Positions 58,781-64,000 of a stretch of DNA of 64,000 bases are shown piece after piece. Source of the stretch: a virus. Its lineage: Duplodnaviria; Caudoviricetes. The position numbers and the translations under genes are program-made. Under the pieces are notes generated by a model that saw nothing but the letters and a program-made list of their open reading frames with translations, ran no database searches and was not told the DNA's origin. The first letter of the stretch is position 1. The number at the start of each line of letters is the position of its first letter. The stretch is from IMG/VR virus record IMGVR_UViG_3300025016_000004; one strand, given 5' to 3'.

Positions 58781-58844
58781 CTATAAAATGAATATGTGAA
58801 TACATGACGATATGAGTTGCCTACCACACATATTCATTTTGAAA

Positions 58845-58934
58845 GGCGCAGTAGCTCAATTGATAGAGCGTGTTGAAACATCCGATAAACGGTTGAAGTA
58901 GGCAAGGTTGGTGGTTTGAGTCCATCTTGTACCA
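58845..58934 (+). ncRNA. tRNA-like RNA with an expanded anticodon loop
   Basis: Canonical acceptor, D and T arms; CCG-ATAAA-CGG insert. Confidence 0.55.
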
Positions 58935-59015
58935 CTAAATGGGGAGTGTAGCCAGACCAGCATTGAGTTGGTATCTGTAACCAAGCTGAAAATGCAATTG
59001 TGAATGTTGCCACTT

Positions 59016-59168
59016 CCATAAAATCATGGAAAGCAAATGAAAAGAATTTTCATGTCTGAATGTGGGACGCATTTCGGACAATAAACAAAAACAAGTGGAG
59101 GCGTTGTCGTTGGGCAAGTCAATGAAACTTGAAGCCCATCCATCACGAAGTGTGGATGGGTAGTTCAC
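59016..59168 (+). mobile_element. Orphan IS200/IS605 right end with an omega-RNA-like region
   Basis: Near-identical to 56570-56669; ends in GTAGTTCAC. Confidence 0.75.
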
Positions 59169-59178
59169 AGTCCCTAGA

Positions 59179-59403
59179 GTGATGATTAGAACTAAATATA
59201 AATGTGAGAATGAATTATCATACATTCCAACTGAGTTAGCTTTAATGGATGCTTTTGATAAAAATGATATTGTCGTTCAAGTAACTTATAAGGCGAAAAC
59301 TAAATATAATGTTGAATTATTATATACTGAAGTATATCGTATCAGTGAAAATTTAGAAATTGATGAATTATATAAAAAAAATATAAGACTGATAATCAAG
59401 TAG
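59179..59403 (+). CDS. Hypothetical protein
   Basis: ORF track. Confidence 0.45.
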   Translation: MMIRTKYKCENELSYIPTELALMDAFDKNDIVVQVTYKAKTKYNVELLYTEVYRISENLEIDELYKKNIRLIIK

Positions 59404-59429
59404 TTAAAAAATAATTTAAAAATAATTGC

Positions 59430-59487
59430 AAAAAAACTTGTTTTATATTAAAACATTTACTATATTTGCACTATATATTAATAACAA
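59430..59487 (+). promoter_or_regulatory. Promoter P4
   Basis: TTG 59438-40; TATATTTG 59461-68. Confidence 0.8.
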
Positions 59488-59511
59488 GGGTAAATCCCAA
59501 AATAAGAAATA

Positions 59512-59610
59512 ATGAGAAATTATACAACATATACGAAACAGTATCAACCGAAGGGCGGGAAGTCCCAAGGTCAACTGAGTATACGTTGTAGTGACATAAC
59601 AGAATTCTAA
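59512..59610 (+). CDS. Leader peptide 4: MRNYTTYTKQYQPKGGKSQGQLSIRCSDITEF
   Basis: Codons 4-17 are all Y/T/K/Q/P/G; antiterminator TCAACTGAG at 59571-79. Confidence 0.85.
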   Translation: MRNYTTYTKQYQPKGGKSQGQLSIRCSDITEF

Positions 59611-59640
59611 TGTAGAATATAGTTATATAAACAATATATA

Positions 59641-59678
59641 AAAACCCAGTTGATAAAACAATTTCAACTGGGTTTTTT
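59641..59678 (+). terminator. Attenuator terminator 4
   Basis: AAAACCCAGTTGA-loop-TCAACTGGGTTTTTT. Confidence 0.9.
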
Positions 59679-59711
59679 GCGTTTAATAGTTTCCAAATCT
59701 ATAAAATTGGA

Positions 59712-59727
59712 GTTCTTTGAAATATTG
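59712..59727 (+). promoter_or_regulatory. boxA-like motif
   Basis: GTTCTTTGAAATATTG. Confidence 0.5.
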
Positions 59728-59736
59728 TATTTTTAT

Positions 59737-59823
59737 CTAGGGGTTAGAGCAGATGGCTAGACTCGCTTGCCTTGGGTGCAAGAGTTAGAAATAACATCGT
59801 GGGTTCGAATCCCACCCCTTAGA
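59737..59823 (+). tRNA. trnP: tRNA-Pro(TGG) with a long variable arm
   Basis: CTTGC-CTTGGGT-GCAAG. Confidence 0.85.
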
Positions 59824-59892
59824 CATGAAAATTTTTTGGATTTTGGTTCAAAATCTTTACTTATGTATAAATTAAAAGAATATATTAAAAAA

Positions 59893-59975
59893 CGGGAAAT
59901 GACCAAGGTAGAATGAAAAAAGGCTACGGGGCCTTGGAAGCTTCAGTATGGTCGGTTCGATTCCGACTTTCCCGA
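59893..59975 (+). tRNA. trnP: tRNA-Pro(TGG) with an enlarged D-region
   Basis: GGGGC-CTTGGAA-GCTTC. Confidence 0.75.
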
Positions 59976-60151
59976 CGACCAGACTGTTACTAATTCATAG
60001 AAGGAGAAACGTATCCTAGCATAAAATTAGATTTATTGGGGCATCGTCTAGATTCCAGAAGGATTTAGATTAGGTCGTAAAATGAAATAAGAGAATAGTG
60101 AACCTAAGAAATACGTGGTAGCATGGTTAACAATGTCTTGTCTCTTATAAT

Positions 60152-60224
60152 GACCTCGAAGCTCAAGTGGACGGGCATCTCCCTTTTAAGGAGAGGGTTA
60201 CGGGTTCGAAGCCCGTGGGGGTCA
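60152..60224 (+). tRNA. trnK: tRNA-Lys(TTT)
   Basis: TCTCC-CTTTTAA-GGAGA. Confidence 0.88.
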
Positions 60225-60314
60225 CAAAGTTCAGTTGATAGTCTGAACTGAACCAAAATTATCATTTGCCTATATCGCATACCAACATATAAAGCACTTA
60301 ACACTGGATGATAT

Positions 60315-60393
60315 GCACCATAGACTGAATAGGAGAAGGTACTGGATTTGTAACCCAGAAGGCTGGTCGGTTCGATTCCGACATGGTGCCCCA
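60315..60393 (+). tRNA. trnT: tRNA-Thr(TGT) with encoded CCA
   Basis: CTGGA-TTTGTAA-CCCAG. Confidence 0.82.
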
Positions 60394-60537
60394 CAAAAAG
60401 AGGATATTATTTGGTGAGTAGACTATCGAGCCAGTTATAGCGAGTATAGTTAAAGTGACAAGTAAGATGACAGGGCATATTGGGTATGTTTATAACAAAC
60501 CTGAACTTAGCGGTTTTGGTGTCGTCCTCTTTAAAAT

Positions 60538-60618
60538 TGGGAAGTAGGTAAGCGGTCAAAACGGCCTGACTGTAAATCAGGTGCTTAGGCTTCGGGGGTT
60601 CGAATCCCTCCTTCCCAA
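60538..60618 (+). tRNA. trnY: tRNA-Tyr(GTA)
   Basis: CCTGA-CTGTAAA-TCAGG; type II. Confidence 0.9.
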
Positions 60619-60767
60619 CTATACATGTAGAAAGCAATTATTGATGTCTAGCTTCAGCTTCGTGGAGAGGTCAGGCTACAATCTGGTGATAAGATTAATT
60701 ACCTTAAGTCAGATACATTATGAATTGTGACATATCGCATATTACGATATGGAATATTAGTAAATAT

Positions 60768-60841
60768 TGCCCCATGGTGTAATTGGTTAACACGTCTGGT
60801 TTTGAGCCAGAAGAGTCTAGGTTCGAGCCCTAGTGGAGTAA
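60768..60841 (+). tRNA. trnQ: tRNA-Gln(TTG)
   Basis: TCTGG-TTTTGAG-CCAGA; U1-A72. Confidence 0.88.
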
Positions 60842-60954
60842 CTTTGGAACTTTTGTACTTTTTGATATATTATATATAAAAGATTAGGTCGCAAAATGAA
60901 ATAAAGATAAAGAGGGAGATGTTTTAACCTAACATCTTTAAAAAATAGGTTAAT

Positions 60955-61041
60955 GGCCCCGTAGCTCAGTTGGTTTGGAGAAATCCTTAGAGCTTTCCGC
61001 TTTTAACGGAAATGTCACAGGTTCGAATCCTGTCGGGGTCA
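60955..61041 (+). tRNA. trnK: tRNA-Lys(TTT) with a GGA-GAAA-TCC hairpin inserted in the D-loop
   Basis: TTCCG-CTTTTAA-CGGAA. Confidence 0.85.
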
Positions 61042-61150
61042 CAAAAATTACCAGATGTTACCGTTAAGGTGGTATAAAAAGTGTAATTAATTGGTTTACA
61101 ATGGATTGATTTTATAGAAAATCACAAAACGTTACCGTTAATTACCGAAT

Positions 61151-61223
61151 GCACCCATAGTTTAAGTGGTTAGAATTTTGGATTGGTATTTCAAGGGTCT
61201 CGTATCGTGTACGAGTGGGTGCT
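61151..61223 (+). tRNA. trnT: tRNA-Thr(GGT) with a degenerate T-loop
   Basis: TTGGA-TTGGTAT-TTCAA; T-loop ATCGTGT. Confidence 0.65.
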
Positions 61224-61346
61224 CCGAGCCATTTGGATTGTGAAACTTGTGGTACAAGATATTGTGACCAAAGTTGTTAAATTATAAGGTATGATTTGGT
61301 TATTACATTAATATTTCGTATCTTTGTAGTAAATTAAAAATAAGAT

Positions 61347-62222
61347 ATGAGAGAATTAGTGGTAACACCATCGATAACAGATAGAAGTTCACCTTCATTA
61401 CAAATGTACTTCAATGACATTCAATCAATTAAGATTTTAACACCTGAAGAAGAGTATGAAATTGCGGTAAAAGCGTTTGATGGTGATGAAAAATCTAAAG
61501 AATTATTAGTAAAACATAACCTAAGATTTGTAATAAGTGTTGCAAAACAATATCAAATATATGGGATTAAATTTGAAGATTTAATCAATGAGGGTAATAT
61601 AGGGTTGCTTAAAGCGTCAGAAAAGTTTGACCCATCAAGAGGTTTTAAATTTATATCATATGCTGTATGGTGGATTAGACAAACAATAATAGCACACATA
61701 CAAGCAAACAGTAAAATTGTTAGACCACCACTTGGTAAATATATTAAATCATTTAAAATGAAAAAAGAATATACCTTGTTGGAGCAAAAGTTAGAAAGAA
61801 CTCCAGCTTACAATGAATTGGTAGACCATTTAGGTAATGAGTTTAGTGATTCTGAAATAGAGTTTTTTATTGATAATTTAAGTAATAAGGTACAATCATT
61901 AGACGCACCTTTAGGAGAAGATGATGATTCTATAACGTTATTAGATTTGTTAAAAGATTCAAATGATTTCGATTCAAATGACTTAGTTAAGTTAGGTGAT
62001 TCTGACATTAGAACTGAAGTATTACTTAGTAGGTTAAATGATGAAGAGAAAACCATATTAATATTATTATATGGCTTAGATGGTAGAGAACCAGTAAGTA
62101 TCAAAGAAGTATCAAATATGTTAGAACTTAGCAAAGCAAGAATTGCTTTGATTAGAGATAAGTCTTTACGTAAATTAAAATTCCAATTGCTTCATAAGGG
62201 TAATTGGTTGAAAGAAATATGA
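61347..62222 (+). CDS. RNA polymerase sigma-70 factor (RpoD-like, no region 1.1)
   Basis: HNLRFVISVAKQY; DLINEGNIGL.KA.EKFDP.RGFKFISYAVWWIRQ; SLDAP; region 4. Confidence 0.93.
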   Translation: MRELVVTPSITDRSSPSLQMYFNDIQSIKILTPEEEYEIAVKAFDGDEKSKELLVKHNLRFVISVAKQYQIYGIKFEDLINEGNIGLLKASEKFDPSRGFKFISYAVWWIRQTIIAHIQANSKIVRPPLGKYIKSFKMKKEYTLLEQKLERTPAYNELVDHLGNEFSDSEIEFFIDNLSNKVQSLDAPLGEDDDSITLLDLLKDSNDFDSNDLVKLGDSDIRTEVLLSRLNDEEKTILILLYGLDGREPVSIKEVSNMLELSKARIALIRDKSLRKLKFQLLHKGNWLKEI

Positions 62223-62325
62223 GGTAAAACAACCCCAGCAACTGTATAAGTAATATATTGTTGAGAGCTGACTCAACACTCCTTAGTGAACTGCTAGGTG
62301 TGAAAGGTAGTTGAGACACCGACTT

Positions 62326-62399
62326 GCGGGATTGGTGTCCAATGGCTAACATGTGACCCTTCCAAGGTTGAGCTGTCGGTTCGAATCCGACATTCCGCA
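62326..62399 (+). tRNA. trnG: tRNA-Gly(TCC)
   Basis: TGACC-CTTCCAA-GGTTG. Confidence 0.9.
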
Positions 62400-62413
62400 C
62401 AAAAATACAACAT

Positions 62414-62809
62414 TTAAATTGAATCTTTAATTCGTTTAAGTAAATCAATCTTATTCTCAAATAAGGTTTCTTTTAAGGCTTGTCGTTCATCTTCAAGTCT
62501 ATCTCTTACGATACTTTTAACCTTTTCCGTAAATGATAAACCTAATTCCACAGTAGTACTAAATTTATGGTTAGCCAATATTATTTTATCATGGCCAATA
62601 ACCATACAGTATTCATTTACCCTATCTATTAGAAAGTATTCATCTGATTTAGGTGAAATCATTCTTTCAACATCAGTTCTATCTAATAACTTATTAACAA
62701 TTTCAATTGTTTCTTTAGCTTCTTCATTATCTTCCAATTTACTCTTAAATGTCCAATTCATAATTTTTATTTTTGAGTTAATCTTACAAAGATACAACAA
62801 ATAACCCAA
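62414..62809 (-). CDS. Hypothetical protein
   Basis: ORF track; probable ATG at 62761. Confidence 0.6.
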   Translation of the reverse strand: MGYLLYLCKINSKIKIMNWTFKSKLEDNEEAKETIEIVNKLLDRTDVERMISPKSDEYFLIDRVNEYCMVIGHDKIILANHKFSTTVELGLSFTEKVKSIVRDRLEDERQALKETLFENKIDLLKRIKDSI

Positions 62810-62908
62810 TTATCAAAGTATTTCGACATTCTACCTATAATATCGTTAAAGTGTAGATTAAAAGAAAATCATAGTTTTATTTGTGTAATTAAAATATTTT
62901 TCATATCT

Positions 62909-63316
62909 TTGTATTCTAATATAAAATATAGAATTATGAGTTATTGGGATGATTGTGACGAATATTGGTTTGGGCAAGAATTTGGTAGCAAGAATAAAAA
63001 TGCTCCTGAAGGTGTTCATATAATGAACAAAGACGAAAGTAAGTTACTTCGTAGGCTTATGTCTGAAAATGGAATGACTGAGGAAGAAGTGCGGAGTCAC
63101 AAAAAATATCGAAAGATGTTATCTAATGCACAAAAGGAAGGTCAAAAATGTCATAGAAGTAAAAATCAAAAGGTTAAGGACGGTATTATGAAAGAAATAA
63201 CTAAAGAGTTAAAACTTCCGAAAGAACATCCAGATGTTGTTGAAAGATACAATGCCAAGATAAAGGAAATTATGAGCGGTAAAGATATTTGGAATAGATA
63301 CTATTTGTTCCATTAA
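62909..63316 (+). CDS. Hypothetical protein
   Basis: ORF track; probable ATG at 62937. Confidence 0.6.
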   Translation: MYSNIKYRIMSYWDDCDEYWFGQEFGSKNKNAPEGVHIMNKDESKLLRRLMSENGMTEEEVRSHKKYRKMLSNAQKEGQKCHRSKNQKVKDGIMKEITKELKLPKEHPDVVERYNAKIKEIMSGKDIWNRYYLFH

Positions 63317-63366
63317 CTGATGATGAATTTTAAGAAATTAGCTGATGATGAATTTTAAGAAATTAG
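63317..63366 (+). repeat. 25-bp tandem duplication spanning a gene start
   Basis: CTGATGATGAATTTTAAGAAATTAG x2. Confidence 0.9.
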
Positions 63367-63776
63367 CTGAAAGAGTAATTAAACGTTTAAAAGCGGAAGG
63401 GGTTGAATGTTATTTATGGCATGCGGCCACCACTGGTAGTGCTTATATACGTTTTAGTGATAGTAGAATAGGTTCAGTTAGATTTGGTGACCATAAAGGT
63501 AGAGCTCAATATAGCTACCGATGGAATGTTAGAAGTGATTTTCCAGTTGGCCACAGCAAATGGCATAAGATAGAAGGTAGATGGAGATATTATACGCACA
63601 CAAAGAATTGGATTGATATGATACCTTTAATTATTGAACAAAAAAAGAAGGTTGAACAATGGGGACCTAACCCATATGAGTATTATGTACCTGAACATAA
63701 AAGGAAAAATGAAATAAAATCAACAACTAAAATAAAATTAACGGAAGTCGAACTTAATAAATTAATAGATGGATAA
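63345..63776 (+). CDS. Hypothetical protein
   Basis: ORF track. Confidence 0.65.
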   Translation: MMNFKKLAERVIKRLKAEGVECYLWHAATTGSAYIRFSDSRIGSVRFGDHKGRAQYSYRWNVRSDFPVGHSKWHKIEGRWRYYTHTKNWIDMIPLIIEQKKKVEQWGPNPYEYYVPEHKRKNEIKSTTKIKLTEVELNKLIDG

Positions 63777-64000
63777 TTCAAAAGAAATTAAAGAACAAAA
63801 TGAACTTTTAAAAAATAAGTAATGAATAACAAAGGTAGAAAAATATATATTAGGAAAGACTTAGTTGGTGTTGATGAATTAAGTGAATTGGATTTTGAAC
63901 TACAGGATAGTTTTGGGTATGATTATGAAAATGATGAAATATACATTATAGATTCAATTAAAAATGATTCAATTAGAAAGAAAGTACGATACTATGTTGA

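Noticed and set aside
1-64000. Genome-wide stop-codon reassignment (TAG or TGA)
   Set aside because: Long conserved genes are open in code 11; only isolated in-frame stops occur.
1-64000. CRISPR array or rRNA
   Set aside because: No regularly spaced repeat-spacer series and no rRNA signatures; the repeats are tRNA parts, IS ends or short tandem duplications.

Overview
Strongly AT-rich segment of what is most likely a jumbo phage of a Bacteroidota host. Evidence: TAnnTTTG/TTG promoter motifs throughout, phage-type lysis and repair genes, no rRNA. It holds about 38 recognisable tRNA cloverleaves plus many halves and non-canonical tRNA-like genes, a tRNA/RNA-repair toolkit (split CCA-adding enzyme, two RNA ligases with split inteins, kinase and 2H phosphodiesterases, Pth2-like proteins), DNA ligase, a PARP-like enzyme, Hsp20, RmlA, a sigma-70 factor, a muramidase endolysin, many homing endonucleases, IS200/IS605 TnpA/TnpB elements with MITE derivatives, and an ~820-nt GOLLD-like ncRNA. 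Main discovery: four tRNA clusters each sit behind a near-identical promoter, a short leader ORF, an antiterminator and an intrinsic terminator. Each leader peptide is packed with codons for the amino acids whose tRNAs lie downstream (H/W/S/I/M/N/R; C/V/L; D/F/E/A; P/K/T/Y/Q/G), and the four sets partition all 20 amino acids. This points to ribosome-stalling attenuation of phage tRNA supply. Also notable: endonuclease plus replacement-tRNA cassettes inserted into tRNA genes, a family of tRNA-like RNAs with a rearranged D-domain, and an HDV/theta-like ribozyme exactly at a tRNA 3' end. All calls were made by eye; no searches or folding programs were run.
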